DNA from: an uncultured Candidatus Rokubacteria bacterium
GTDB lineage: Bacteria > Methylomirabilota > Methylomirabilia > Rokubacteriales > DASRDR01
Direction of reading: 5' to 3'
DNA: 64,000 bases
NCBI GenBank assembly: GCA_963826115.1
Contig: CAWGVS010000005.1
Coordinates: forward strand, 256,001-320,000
Part shown: one piece after another, positions 39,984 through 49,604 of the stretch
How the letters are laid out: the number at the start of each line of letters is the position of its first letter
Numbering within the stretch: position 1 is the stretch's first letter
Program-made: the position numbers and the translations under genes
The notes under the pieces: generated by a model
The model's input: the letters and a program-made list of their open reading frames with translations, nothing else
Databases searched by the model: none
Told to the model about the DNA's origin: nothing

Positions 39984-40235
39984 ATGTTCAGGAAGCTCGC
40001 GATCGTGGCGCTCTTGCTCGTGTTCGCCGCCGCCCCCGCGTGGGCGGACGAGATCTCCGGGAAGATCCAGAAGGTCGACGCAAGCGACCGCTCCATCGTG
40101 CTCGAGGACGGCACGCAGCTCTGGCTGGGCGACTCGGTGGCAGCCGACGCGCTCCAGGAGGGAGCCACCGTGAAGGCGTCCTACGAGGAGAAGGACGGCA
40201 AGAAGATCGTCACCGAGATCGAGGTCTCGCAGTAG
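39984..40235 (+). CDS. Small secreted OB-fold protein (DUF1344-like)
   Basis: GGAGG SD, signal peptide ending AWA, GKIQKVD...IVLEDG...LQEGATVKASYEEKDGK. Confidence 0.8.
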   Translation: MFRKLAIVALLLVFAAAPAWADEISGKIQKVDASDRSIVLEDGTQLWLGDSVAADALQEGATVKASYEEKDGKKIVTEIEVSQ

Positions 40236-40280
40236 CAGAAGAGGGCGACCGGGCGCGCCGCGCGTCGGCGCGCCCGGTGG

Positions 40281-41030
40281 TCACCGGGGCGGAGGCGCGT
40301 CGAGCTCCGCCCCGGCCAGGAATCGCTGGATCGCCTCGGACGAGATGACGAGCGTCTCGCCCGGCACAGGGATCTCCATGACCCGGCCGGGCGCATCGCG
40401 CGCGGCGATCTGCGCGGTGCGGTAGCCCTCGACGACGCCGACCAGCTCGCCGGTCTCGGCGTCGAACACCCCGGCGCCGCTGGCGCCGTAGCTCACCGTC
40501 GTGTCCACGAGCCGCACCGGGCCCTCGGTCGCGGTCGTCTCCGTGCCGGTGCCCACCTGGCTGACGGTGCCGCTGGCGAGCGTCATCCGGCGGCCGCGGG
40601 GGAACGCCACCACCCACACGTCGTCGCCGAGGTGCGCGGTCTCCCGCCGCCGCGCCGGCGGCAGCACGAGGTCCGGCACCAGGAGGAGCGCCAGGTCCAG
40701 CTCGCCGTCCGCGCGCACGACGGTGGCGGGGAACCGCTCGGCCGCGCCGGTCGTCCGGACGTGGATGGTCTCCGGGACGGGCGGGGCGACGAAGTGGCCT
40801 GCCGTGAGGATCCAGGTGCACCGGCGGTCGGGATCCGACGCGATCACGACACCCGATGCCGCGCGGCGTCCACCGCCGGGACGCTCCGCCAGGAGCTGGA
40901 CGGCGGAGGGGAGGACGCTCCGGAGGACCTCCGCGCGGACCGGTGAGCGGGACGCCGTCGCGCATCCCGCCGTCAATACGAGCGCGGCGACGACTGCGAG
41001 CGCGATCCGTTCATCGACCGGTCGTCTCAC
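40281..41030 (-). CDS. Trypsin-like serine protease lipoprotein
   Basis: TAGC lipobox and catalytic triad motifs ILTAGH, DLALL, GASG. Confidence 0.85.
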   Translation of the reverse strand: MRRPVDERIALAVVAALVLTAGCATASRSPVRAEVLRSVLPSAVQLLAERPGGGRRAASGVVIASDPDRRCTWILTAGHFVAPPVPETIHVRTTGAAERFPATVVRADGELDLALLLVPDLVLPPARRRETAHLGDDVWVVAFPRGRRMTLASGTVSQVGTGTETTATEGPVRLVDTTVSYGASGAGVFDAETGELVGVVEGYRTAQIAARDAPGRVMEIPVPGETLVISSEAIQRFLAGAELDAPPPR

Positions 41031-41086
41031 GCGGCCCTCCTGCTTTCCCACGGGCCAGCAAGCCCAGCTCGATCGGGCTGGAGGGA

Positions 41087-41103
41087 TGCTAGCAGAGTGC
41101 CAA
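41087..41103 (-). promoter_or_regulatory. Putative sigma54 (-24/-12) promoter
   Basis: Minus strand TTGGCAC-TCTGC-TAGCA, about 57 nt upstream of the protease start. Confidence 0.55.
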
Positions 41104-41138
41104 GTCGGACCGACAAGGAAACCTGGCCGGGCCCTCGG

Positions 41139-42209
41139 TCAGGGCGTCGCCCCGGCGCGCTGCCTGATGAGCTCGTCGAACGGCCCGGAGATCCGGACGA
41201 TCTCGTTCACGGGCCAGGCCCCCTGGTTGATCGTGGCGACGAAGAGGTCGCCGGCGATCCCCGCCCGGCGCGTCTCCGGTGTGTCTGGGGCGAAGGCCAG
41301 CCCGCGCGGCGCGTCCCCCTGGCTGTAGGCCGCGAACGGGACGCGCCGCCCGTCCGGCGTGACGACGAACAGCTCGGCGCCCTGGCGATCGGCGACGAAG
41401 AGGTGGCCGCCCGGCGTCGCGGCGATCGACGCCGGGATCGGGCCCCGCAGGAGCAAGGCCGGCGACCCGTCCGGCGTCACTCGCCAGACCTCGCCCGGGC
41501 CCTGCTGCCACGGCGCCTCGGCGTTCGCGTCGGCGCCGATCCACAGGGCGTCGGACGCGTCCATGGCGAGGACCCGCGGGCGCTGCACCGAGACGTAGCG
41601 CGGGTCCAGGACGCGGCCGCCGGGGTCGAGACGGAGGACACGCCCCGCCTCCCGGTCGGCGACGTAGAGCCGTCCGGCCGAATCGACCGCAACGCCCTCC
41701 GGCTGGCGGAGGAGCGGCGTCTGGTCGCGAGGGGGCGTTCCGCCCGCGAACAGCTCGGCGCGCCCGTCGATCATGCGATAGAGGACGCCGAGCCGGCGGT
41801 CACGGTCGAACGTCGTCACGAACAGCTCGAGTCCCGATCGGACGGAGGCGATCTGGGCGTTCCGGAGGGGCGGCCCGTAGAGGTACCGGGACTCGGTGTC
41901 GGGGGTGATCCGGCCTCCGCCCGGAGGCACGCGATAGACGGGCGCGAGGTCGTCCGTCTCGCCCGTCTGGTAGCGGCCGCCGGTTCGGGCGAGGTAGAGA
42001 CTCCCGGTCCGGTCGAACACGAGCGTCGAGGTGGAGGGGATGCCGCGCGACGCGCGCCCCGTGGCGAACCCTTGCCCCGAGACGTAGACCTCCTTCGCGA
42101 AGCCCGCGGGCAGCCGGATCTCGGCCGAGACGCCCGTCGCGACGAGGGCGAGGGTGACGAGGACAACCGGGGTGGCCAAGCCTCGGAGCCGGGCGGACGT
42201 TGCGATCAT
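41139..42209 (-). CDS. Secreted NHL-repeat/beta-propeller protein
   Basis: Signal peptide, LRQPEGVAVDSAGRLYVAD, PRGLAF repeats. Confidence 0.8.
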   Translation of the reverse strand: MIATSARLRGLATPVVLVTLALVATGVSAEIRLPAGFAKEVYVSGQGFATGRASRGIPSTSTLVFDRTGSLYLARTGGRYQTGETDDLAPVYRVPPGGGRITPDTESRYLYGPPLRNAQIASVRSGLELFVTTFDRDRRLGVLYRMIDGRAELFAGGTPPRDQTPLLRQPEGVAVDSAGRLYVADREAGRVLRLDPGGRVLDPRYVSVQRPRVLAMDASDALWIGADANAEAPWQQGPGEVWRVTPDGSPALLLRGPIPASIAATPGGHLFVADRQGAELFVVTPDGRRVPFAAYSQGDAPRGLAFAPDTPETRRAGIAGDLFVATINQGAWPVNEIVRISGPFDELIRQRAGATP

Positions 42210-42272
42210 CGCCTCCGCGTGCCTCGCTCTCCAATCAGCACGGTAGTCGACCCGAATGCGGCTCGCAAGCCG

Positions 42273-43109
42273 TCAGTGCGCGCCGGCCGGGACCTGACCG
42301 ACCGCCAGGATGTGGGCGTGCAAGCCCAGGAGCGAGGGCTCGCTCTCGACCGCGCGGGCGGCGACCATGATTTCCCGGCGCCGCTCGGGATCCGCCCAGC
42401 GCGCGGCGAGGTCGGGAAGCGCCCACGCCGGTCCCTCGACCCCGAGGAGGGCGTCCAGCGAGAGCCCCGCCTCGAGGACCTCCGCCCGTAGGTCGTCCGG
42501 ATGGTGAAAGAACGTGGTCGTGAAGTAGTCGTGGGTGGTCGGGTTGCGATGCTGGCCGTCGGCGAGGTCCCGCTCGACGATGGCGCGGAACGCGGGGTCG
42601 GCGAGGAACCCGTCGACGAGTCCCGAGAGGAGCGAGGCGAAGCGTGGGACCCCCGCCGCGAAGACGCGCCCGCCGGGACGGAGGACGCGGCCGGCCTCGC
42701 GGAGGGCCGCGATCCGGTCTCCGCGTTCCGTCAGGTGGTAGAGCGGCCCAAGGAGGAGCACCGCGTCCGCGGATCCCGACGCTTCCTCGAGGCGACGGGC
42801 GTCCCCCACCCGCGCCGCGATCGTCTGGCCGGCCTTCGCGGCCGCGTCCCGGGCCTGGTCCACGTGGAGCGGCACCGCGTCGATCAGGGCGACGCGGTAG
42901 CCCCGCCGCGCAAGCCACACGGCGTACACGCCGGGGCCGCCGCCGACGTCCAGGACCGTCGCGGGCGGGGCGGGGAGCCACCGCTCGAGGATGTCGCAGG
43001 TCCGCGCGAGCTCGAGAAGCCCGTGGCCCTCGCCGAGGCGCGCGGCCTCGCGCCCTCGCGCGTAGTAGGCAAGGGCTTCGGGCGGGAGCGCGGCGGGCGG
43101 CTCGGCCAC
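42273..43109 (-). CDS. Class I SAM-dependent methyltransferase
   Basis: VLDVGGGPG, GDAR, LLLGPLYHL, RVLRPGG. Confidence 0.92.
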   Translation of the reverse strand: MAEPPAALPPEALAYYARGREAARLGEGHGLLELARTCDILERWLPAPPATVLDVGGGPGVYAVWLARRGYRVALIDAVPLHVDQARDAAAKAGQTIAARVGDARRLEEASGSADAVLLLGPLYHLTERGDRIAALREAGRVLRPGGRVFAAGVPRFASLLSGLVDGFLADPAFRAIVERDLADGQHRNPTTHDYFTTTFFHHPDDLRAEVLEAGLSLDALLGVEGPAWALPDLAARWADPERRREIMVAARAVESEPSLLGLHAHILAVGQVPAGAH

Positions 43110-43163
43110 GGGGCGAGTGTATCGTGGCGTGCCCCGCCCGGCCATGAAGGGCGGCCGCGCGCG

Positions 43164-43192
43164 TTGACGGCCTCTCCGTCTCCTGACACGAT
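43164..43192 (+). promoter_or_regulatory. Sigma70-type promoter
   Basis: TTGACG-N17-CACGAT upstream of the SDR gene. Confidence 0.45.
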
Positions 43193-43262
43193 GCCCCGCG
43201 CGGGTGGCGGGACAGGCCGCGCGGCGGCCGATCGGCGCCGACCCGCCCACGGGGAGGAAGGG

Positions 43263-44021
43263 ATGAAGCTCGAGGGAAGGCGCGCCCTGGTGACGGGCGC
43301 GGGGTCCCGCGGCATGGGGCAGGCGATCGCCGAGGCCCTCGGAGCCGAGGGGGCCGACGTGGCCGTCCACTACTACGGCGACGGCGCCGTGGCGCGGGAG
43401 CTGGTCGACCGGCTGCGCGCGTCGGGCCGGCGCGCCGTCGACCTCGGCGCCGACCTCGGCGACCCGACGGTGGCCCGCGCGCTCGTGCGGCGCGCGATCG
43501 ACGCGCTGGGCGGTCTCGACGTCGTCGTGTGCTGCGCCGCGGTCCTCTCCCGGGTGCCGTTCCTCGACCTGACCGACACCGAGTGGGATCGCGTCCACGC
43601 CGTCAACCTCCACGGGTACTTCGCCGTGGGCCAGGAGGCGGCGCGGCACATGGTCGAGCGCGGGGGCGGCGGCCGGATCGTCATGGTGAGCTCGGTGAAT
43701 CAGGTCACCGTGAACCGCGGCATCGCCCACTACGTCGCGACCAAGGGCGGCGTCATGCAGCTCGCCAAGGCGATGGCCCTCGAGCTCGCGCCCAGCGGAA
43801 TCACCGTAAACCTGATCGCGCCGGGGACCGTCGAGACGGACCTGAACCGCGCGTTCCTCGCCGACCCCGAGAATCGGCGGGCGAAGCTCGGCCTGATCCC
43901 CATGGCGCGGATCGGCCGTCCCGAGGACGTCGCGGGCGCGGCGGTGTTCCTGGCGAGCGACGCTGCCGCCTACGTGACCGGCGCGACGATCGTCGTCGAC
44001 GGGGGTCTGACGCTCGAGTGA
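43263..44021 (+). CDS. Short-chain dehydrogenase/reductase
   Basis: VTGAGSRGMG, YVATK, NLIAPG, VDGG. Confidence 0.93.
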   Translation: MKLEGRRALVTGAGSRGMGQAIAEALGAEGADVAVHYYGDGAVARELVDRLRASGRRAVDLGADLGDPTVARALVRRAIDALGGLDVVVCCAAVLSRVPFLDLTDTEWDRVHAVNLHGYFAVGQEAARHMVERGGGGRIVMVSSVNQVTVNRGIAHYVATKGGVMQLAKAMALELAPSGITVNLIAPGTVETDLNRAFLADPENRRAKLGLIPMARIGRPEDVAGAAVFLASDAAAYVTGATIVVDGGLTLE

Positions 44022-44110
44022 GGGGCGTCCCCCGACAGGGCGATCACCGGCGCCACCGGGTAGAATGAGGGCGCCCGGCCGTCGAGCCGGGCAGACCCGT
44101 GAGGAGGGGC

Positions 44111-45298
44111 ATGGACAGGGAAACGCGGCTGGTGCACGCCGGCCGGGACCCCGAGCGGCAGGAGGGGATCGTCAATCCGCCCCTCTATCGCGCCTCGACG
44201 ATCCTCTATCCGACGATGGCCGCGTACGAGGGCCGCTTCGAGCGCCGGTACACGAGCTACGCCTACGGCATCCACGGCACGCCGACCACGATGGCGCTCG
44301 CCGAGGCCGTGGCGGAGCTCTCCGGGGGCGCCCGGACGGTGCTCCTTTCCTCCGGCCTCTCGGCGGTGACGCAGGCCCTGACCGCTTTCCTCCGGCGAGG
44401 CGACCACCTCCTGATCGCGGACACGGTGTACCAGCCGACCCGCGCCTTCTGCCAGGACGTCCTCGCGCGCTATGGCGTCGACGTCACCTTCTACGATCCG
44501 CGGGTGGGCGCGGACATTGCCGGTCTCATCCGCCCGACGACGCGCGTCGTGTACCTCGAGTCGCCGGGCTCCCAGACCTTCGAGGTCCAGGACGTCCCGG
44601 CGATCGCCGCCGCCGCCCGCGCGCGCGGCGCCGTCGTGATGCTGGACAACACCTGGGCCACGCCGCTCCACTTCCGTGCGTTCGACCACGGCGTCGACGT
44701 CGAGATCCAGGCGCTGACGAAGTTCGTCGCCGGTCACTCGGACCTCCTCCTGGGCGCGGTCACGACGCGGACCGAGGAGCTGTACCGGGCTGTCCGCGAC
44801 GGCGCGTCGACGTTCGGGGACTGCCCGGCGCCCGACGTGTGCTACGAGGCGCTGCGGGGCCTCCGGACACTCGCCGTCCGCCTCCGCCATCACGAGGCCT
44901 CGGCGCTCCGCGTGGCGGAGTGGCTGGCGCGCCGGCCCGAGGTCGCCCGCGTGCTCCACCCGGCGTTGCCGGACGACCCGGGGCACGCGCTCTGGAAGCG
45001 GGACTTCCGCGGCGCGTCGAGCCTGTTCGGCGTGCTGCTGCGCACGGGCTCGGTGTCGGCGGTGGCGGCGATGGTCGACGGCCTCGGGCTGTTCAAGATC
45101 GGCGCAAGCTTCGGGGGCTTCGAGAGCCTGATCGTGCCCGTGCGGCCGGACCGCACGGCGCGACCCTGGCGGGAGCCCGGGTTCCTCCTGCGCTTGCACG
45201 TGGGCCTGGAGACCGTCGAGGACCTGATCGCCGACCTCGAGGCGGGCTTGGCCCGGCTCGGAGCGGCGCTCCAGCATGAGGGGGAGACGCGGAGATGA
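44111..45298 (+). CDS. metC: Cystathionine beta-lyase
   Basis: VNPPLYRASTI, YGIHGTPT, ESPGSQTFE, DNTWATP, TKFVAGHSD, SFGGFESL. Confidence 0.9.
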   Translation: MDRETRLVHAGRDPERQEGIVNPPLYRASTILYPTMAAYEGRFERRYTSYAYGIHGTPTTMALAEAVAELSGGARTVLLSSGLSAVTQALTAFLRRGDHLLIADTVYQPTRAFCQDVLARYGVDVTFYDPRVGADIAGLIRPTTRVVYLESPGSQTFEVQDVPAIAAAARARGAVVMLDNTWATPLHFRAFDHGVDVEIQALTKFVAGHSDLLLGAVTTRTEELYRAVRDGASTFGDCPAPDVCYEALRGLRTLAVRLRHHEASALRVAEWLARRPEVARVLHPALPDDPGHALWKRDFRGASSLFGVLLRTGSVSAVAAMVDGLGLFKIGASFGGFESLIVPVRPDRTARPWREPGFLLRLHVGLETVEDLIADLEAGLARLGAALQHEGETRR

Positions 45299-46617
45299 CG
45301 GCGGACGCGGGACAGCCGGCGGTGGCGTTCGAGGGCAGGGCGGAGGGGACCGCGCGCGCGGCGAGCCGCGACGCGTCGCTCCGGGATCGGGCGCGCCGGG
45401 TGATTCCCGGCGGCATGTTCGGCCACCAGAACGCGGCCAGCTGGCCCACCGAGTTTCCGCAGTTCCTCGAGCGCGGGCGGGGATGCCGCATCTGGGACGT
45501 GGACGGCCGCGAGTACCTGGACTTCGTGTGCAGCTTCGGCCCGATCGTCCTCGGCCACGCGCACCCCGCGGTCGAGGCGGCGGTCGAGCGCCAGCGTGGC
45601 CTCGCTGACTGCCAGAACGGCCCGTCCCCCCGGATGGTGGAGCTCGCGGAGCGGCTGGTCGATCTGGTGCCGCACGCGGACTGGGCGCTGTTCCAGAAGA
45701 ACGGCACCGATGCCACGACGCTCGCCCTCTCGATCGCGCGCGCGGCGACGGGCCGGCGGAAGGTCCTGGTCGCCCGCGGGGCCTATCACGGCTCGGCACC
45801 CTGGTGCACGCCGCGGCCGGCGGGGACGACGTCCGAGGACCGCGCCCACCTGATCCACTTCGTCTACAACGACCTGGCGAGCGTCGAGGCCGCCGCGGAC
45901 CAGGCTGGCGGCGACCTCGCGGCGGTGCTGGTGTCGGCGTTCCGCCACGACGCGCGCTTCGATCAGGAGGAGTGCGATCCGGCGTTCGCGCGCGGGATCC
46001 GGGCGCTCTGCGATCGGCGGGGCGCGGCGCTCGTTCTCGACGACGTGCGCGCCGGCTTCCGGCTCCACCTCGGCGGGAGCTGGGAGCCGCTCGGCGTGCG
46101 CCCGGACCTGTCCGCGTACAGCAAGGCCATCGCCAACGGCTACCCGCTGGCGGCCGTTGTCGGCCGGGACTCGCTCCGCGCCGCCGCCCAGCAGGTCTTC
46201 GCGACCGGGTCCTTCTGGTGCGCGGCCGTGCCGATGGCCGCCGCGATCGCGACGCTCGAGGCGCTCGAGGCGGAGCGGGGGATCGAGCGGATGGCCCGCG
46301 CCGGGACGCTCCTCCGCGAGGGGCTCGCCCGTCAGGCGAGGGCGCACGGGCTCCGGGTCCGGCAGACCGGCCCGGTGCAGCTTCCGTTCATGACGTTCAC
46401 CGCCGACGTGGCCGCGGGCACGTTCGACCGCGCGAACCTCTTCACGGGCGAGGCCGCGCGGCGCGGCGTATGGCTCCACCCCTGGCACAACTGGTTCATG
46501 TCGGCGGCGCACACCGAGGCGGACGTGCGGGCGGCGCTGGAGCGGACCGATCCCGCCTTCGCGGCGGTGCGCGCCCGGTTCGGGCCGGACGGGGACGACT
46601 CGGGAGGGCGGGCGTGA
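45295..46617 (+). CDS. Class III aminotransferase (glutamate-1-semialdehyde aminomutase-like)
   Basis: WDVDGREYLD, KNGTDAT, AYHG, DDVRAGFR, SKAIANGYP. Confidence 0.88.
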   Translation: MTADAGQPAVAFEGRAEGTARAASRDASLRDRARRVIPGGMFGHQNAASWPTEFPQFLERGRGCRIWDVDGREYLDFVCSFGPIVLGHAHPAVEAAVERQRGLADCQNGPSPRMVELAERLVDLVPHADWALFQKNGTDATTLALSIARAATGRRKVLVARGAYHGSAPWCTPRPAGTTSEDRAHLIHFVYNDLASVEAAADQAGGDLAAVLVSAFRHDARFDQEECDPAFARGIRALCDRRGAALVLDDVRAGFRLHLGGSWEPLGVRPDLSAYSKAIANGYPLAAVVGRDSLRAAAQQVFATGSFWCAAVPMAAAIATLEALEAERGIERMARAGTLLREGLARQARAHGLRVRQTGPVQLPFMTFTADVAAGTFDRANLFTGEAARRGVWLHPWHNWFMSAAHTEADVRAALERTDPAFAAVRARFGPDGDDSGGRA

Positions 46618-47537
46618 AGGTCTATGACGGGCTGACGGAGTACGTCGCCTCGGCCGAGGAGGCCGAGCGCCTCCGGCAGACGCTCTATCGCACGGACCTG
46701 TCGGCGCGGGCCACCGTCCTGCCCGGCTACCGGGCCCGCCTCGAGCCGGCCGACCTCGCGCGGTTCCGTGGCCAGGGCTATCTCGCGATGGAGGGCCTCC
46801 TCACGCTCGACGAGGTCGCTCGCTGCGCCGGCGCGCTCGACGACCTCGCCCGCCGGAGGCCGGAGGGCGTCGGCATCCAGGACGAGCCCTACTACCAGAC
46901 GGGTGGCGACGCGTCCCAGGCCGTCCCGCCGGAGCTCCGGGTGCGGAAGCTCTGGAAGTTCGCCGGTGTCGACCCGGTTCTGGGCGGGGCGGTGGCGGCG
47001 CCGCGGATCACCGCGATCCTGGACCAGCTGATCGGCCCCGGCGCGCGAATGATCCAGGACATGGCGCTCATGAAGCCGCCGCACCGCGGCGCCGAGAAGC
47101 CCTGGCACCAGGACAACGCCTACTTCGACTGGACGCCGCTCGACGGCGTGCTCGGCGTGTGGATCGCCCTCGACGCCGCGACGGTGGAGAACGGCTGCAT
47201 GCAGATCGCGCCCGGATCCCACCGGGCGGGGCCCGCGCCCCACTACCACGTGCGCGACTGCCAGCTCGTCGATCAGGAGGCGCGGGTGGCCGGCGCGGAG
47301 GTGGTGCCGCTCGCGCCGGGAGGCGCCCTCTTCTTTTCGGCGCTCCTCCACCACGGGACGCCGCCGAACCGGAGCGTCGATCGTCGGCGGGCGCTCCAGT
47401 TCCACTACGCGGCCGCGCGCTGCACGCGGATGACGTTCCAGGAGCACATGGCGTACTTCGACATCGGCGGGGCCTACGTGGGCTGCCGGGACTGGGACAT
47501 GGACGCCGGCGTATCGCGCGCGAGGCTCTCGCCGTGA
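46614..47537 (+). CDS. Phytanoyl-CoA dioxygenase (PhyH) family Fe/2OG enzyme
   Basis: WHQD, WIALD...ENGC, PGSH, HHG...N...RR. Confidence 0.92.
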   Translation: MKVYDGLTEYVASAEEAERLRQTLYRTDLSARATVLPGYRARLEPADLARFRGQGYLAMEGLLTLDEVARCAGALDDLARRRPEGVGIQDEPYYQTGGDASQAVPPELRVRKLWKFAGVDPVLGGAVAAPRITAILDQLIGPGARMIQDMALMKPPHRGAEKPWHQDNAYFDWTPLDGVLGVWIALDAATVENGCMQIAPGSHRAGPAPHYHVRDCQLVDQEARVAGAEVVPLAPGGALFFSALLHHGTPPNRSVDRRRALQFHYAAARCTRMTFQEHMAYFDIGGAYVGCRDWDMDAGVSRARLSP

Positions 47538-47559
47538 TCGCGGGAACGAGGGGAGCGCG

Positions 47560-47853
47560 ATGAGCCAGCAGGCGCGGGCGACGGTCCAGGCGGACAACGA
47601 GCACGTGAAGGTGACCGAGTGGCGGTTTGCGCCGGGCGAGGCGACCGGCTGGCATCGTCACGGGTACGATTACGTCGTCGTCCCGATGACGACCGGGCCC
47701 CTACGCATCAAGTCCGCCCAGGGCGAGATATCGAACGACATCGTGCCCGGCCAGTCGTACTTCCGGACGGGCGGCGCCGAGCACGACGTGTGGAATCCGA
47801 CCAACCGCGAGGTGGTCTTCGTGGAGATCGAGCTCAAGTCTCTACCGCGATGA
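47560..47853 (+). CDS. Cupin protein (BauB-like)
   Basis: VTEWRFAPGEATGWHRH...EHDV...FVEIELK. Confidence 0.85.
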   Translation: MSQQARATVQADNEHVKVTEWRFAPGEATGWHRHGYDYVVVPMTTGPLRIKSAQGEISNDIVPGQSYFRTGGAEHDVWNPTNREVVFVEIELKSLPR

Positions 47854-49121
47854 AGCTCACCGGCATCCCCCGCGCGTCGAGCTTCCCGCGGATGGTCCGC
47901 GTGAAGCAGACCTTCCGCGGCCCGACGGTGGAGAACGTGCCCGACGCGGTGCGATCGGCGCTGAGCCGCCTCGCGCTGCCCGTCAAGGCGGGCCAGTCGG
48001 TGGCCCTGACCGTCGGGAGCCGCGGCGTCGTCAACATCGACGCGATCGTCCGCTCGACCGTCGACCACCTGAAGGGGCTGGGGGCCAGGCCCTTCATCAT
48101 CCCCGCCATGGGCAGCCACGGCGGTGGGACGGCGGAGGGCCAGCGGTCGGTCCTCGAGCACTACGGCGTCACCGAGACCACGATGGGCTGTCCGGTGCGC
48201 GCGACGATGGACGTGGTCCAGGTCGGCGAGGCGCTGGGGCTCCCGATCTGGCTCGACCGCTACGCGGCGGAGGCCGACTGGGTCGGCGTGATCAACCGGG
48301 TCAAGCCGCACACCGGCTTCACCGGCGACATCGGCTCGGGCCTCCTCAAGATGATGACGATCGGCACCGGCAAGCACCGCGGGGCCGTCCAGGCCCACCG
48401 GGCGAACATCCGGCTCGGCTACGAGCGCATGATCACCGAGCTCGGCTCGGCGATGCTCCGGAGCGGACGGATCGCGTTCGGGCTCGGCGTGGCCGAGAAC
48501 GGCTACGACGAGACGGCGCTGGTGGAGGCCTTCCTCCCCGACGAGCTCGAGGCCGGGGAGCGCGAGCTCCTCCGGAAGGCGCGCGCCTGGATGGCGAAGC
48601 TGCCGTTCGACCAGGTCGACCTCCTGATCATCGACGAGATCGGGAAGGAGATCTCCGGCACCGGCATGGACACGAACGTGATCGGCCGCCACGCCACGTG
48701 GTTCGAGCGGCCGTTCACGACGCCGCGGGTCACGTTCATCGTGGTGTGCGACGCGACGGCGAACACGTACGGCAACGTCAACGGCATCGGGCTCGCGGAC
48801 TTCACGACGCGCCGCCTGGCCGACAAGGCCGACTGGGAGCCGACCTACGTCAACGCGCTGACCGCCTGCTCGCCCGGCGGCCCCAAGCTCCCCGCGGTGC
48901 TCGACACGACCCGGGAGGCGATCGCGGTGGCGCTGTCGTGCCTCGGCCTCGACCGGCCGGAAGACGCGCGCGCCGTGCGGATCCAGAACACGCTCCGGCT
49001 GACCGAGGTGGAGGTGTCGGAGGCCTTCGCGGGCGACCTCGTTGGTCGCGACGACCTCACGGTCCTCGGCGACCCCGCCGAGATGGCCTTCGGCCCCGAC
49101 GGCGCGCTCCCGCCCTTCTGA
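47850..49121 (+). CDS. LarA/DUF2088-like (lactate racemase domain) protein
   Basis: ATGA overlap. VGSRG, PAMGSHGG, NRVKPHT, GKEISGTGMD, NGIGLAD. Confidence 0.8.
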   Translation: MKLTGIPRASSFPRMVRVKQTFRGPTVENVPDAVRSALSRLALPVKAGQSVALTVGSRGVVNIDAIVRSTVDHLKGLGARPFIIPAMGSHGGGTAEGQRSVLEHYGVTETTMGCPVRATMDVVQVGEALGLPIWLDRYAAEADWVGVINRVKPHTGFTGDIGSGLLKMMTIGTGKHRGAVQAHRANIRLGYERMITELGSAMLRSGRIAFGLGVAENGYDETALVEAFLPDELEAGERELLRKARAWMAKLPFDQVDLLIIDEIGKEISGTGMDTNVIGRHATWFERPFTTPRVTFIVVCDATANTYGNVNGIGLADFTTRRLADKADWEPTYVNALTACSPGGPKLPAVLDTTREAIAVALSCLGLDRPEDARAVRIQNTLRLTEVEVSEAFAGDLVGRDDLTVLGDPAEMAFGPDGALPPF

Positions 49122-49124
49122 GCC

Positions 49125-49538
49125 GTGAACCCGCTGGGACTCGAGGTCGGGCAGCGCGCCCGCCGGACCAAGACCGTCACCGCACGCGACGTCGAGCTCT
49201 ACGCGGAGATCACGGAGGACCGGAATCCCCTCCACTTCGACCCCGGGTTCGCCGCGCGCACGAAGTTCGGCCGCCTGGTCGCCCAGGGCGGGATCACCGC
49301 CGGCATGCTGAACGCGCTGGTTGCCATGGACCTGCCCGGCCCGGGCACGGTCTTCATGAGCCAGTCGCTCCGCTACCTCGCGCCGACGTACCTCGGCGAC
49401 ACCCTGACGGCCGAGGTCGAGGTCCTGGCCGTCAAGCCGGACAAGCCCGTCTGCCAGCTCAAGGCGACCATCACCAACCAAAGCGGGACCGTCGTCCTCG
49501 AGGGGGAGTGCTGGACCTACACGCTGAGGCCGGCGTGA
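49125..49538 (+). CDS. MaoC-family dehydratase
   Basis: EDRNPLH, FGRLVAQG, LPGPG. Confidence 0.9.
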   Translation: MNPLGLEVGQRARRTKTVTARDVELYAEITEDRNPLHFDPGFAARTKFGRLVAQGGITAGMLNALVAMDLPGPGTVFMSQSLRYLAPTYLGDTLTAEVEVLAVKPDKPVCQLKATITNQSGTVVLEGECWTYTLRPA

Positions 49539-49604
49539 GGGCGCGGATCGAGGAGGCTCCAGGCTCGCGCGGACCGCATCGATCAGGAGTCGACGTCTGA
49601 CCCC

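Noticed and set aside
45295-46617. hemL
   Set aside because: It has divergent motifs (KNGTDAT, DDVRAGFR rather than SGTEA, DEVMTGFR) and no tetrapyrrole context.
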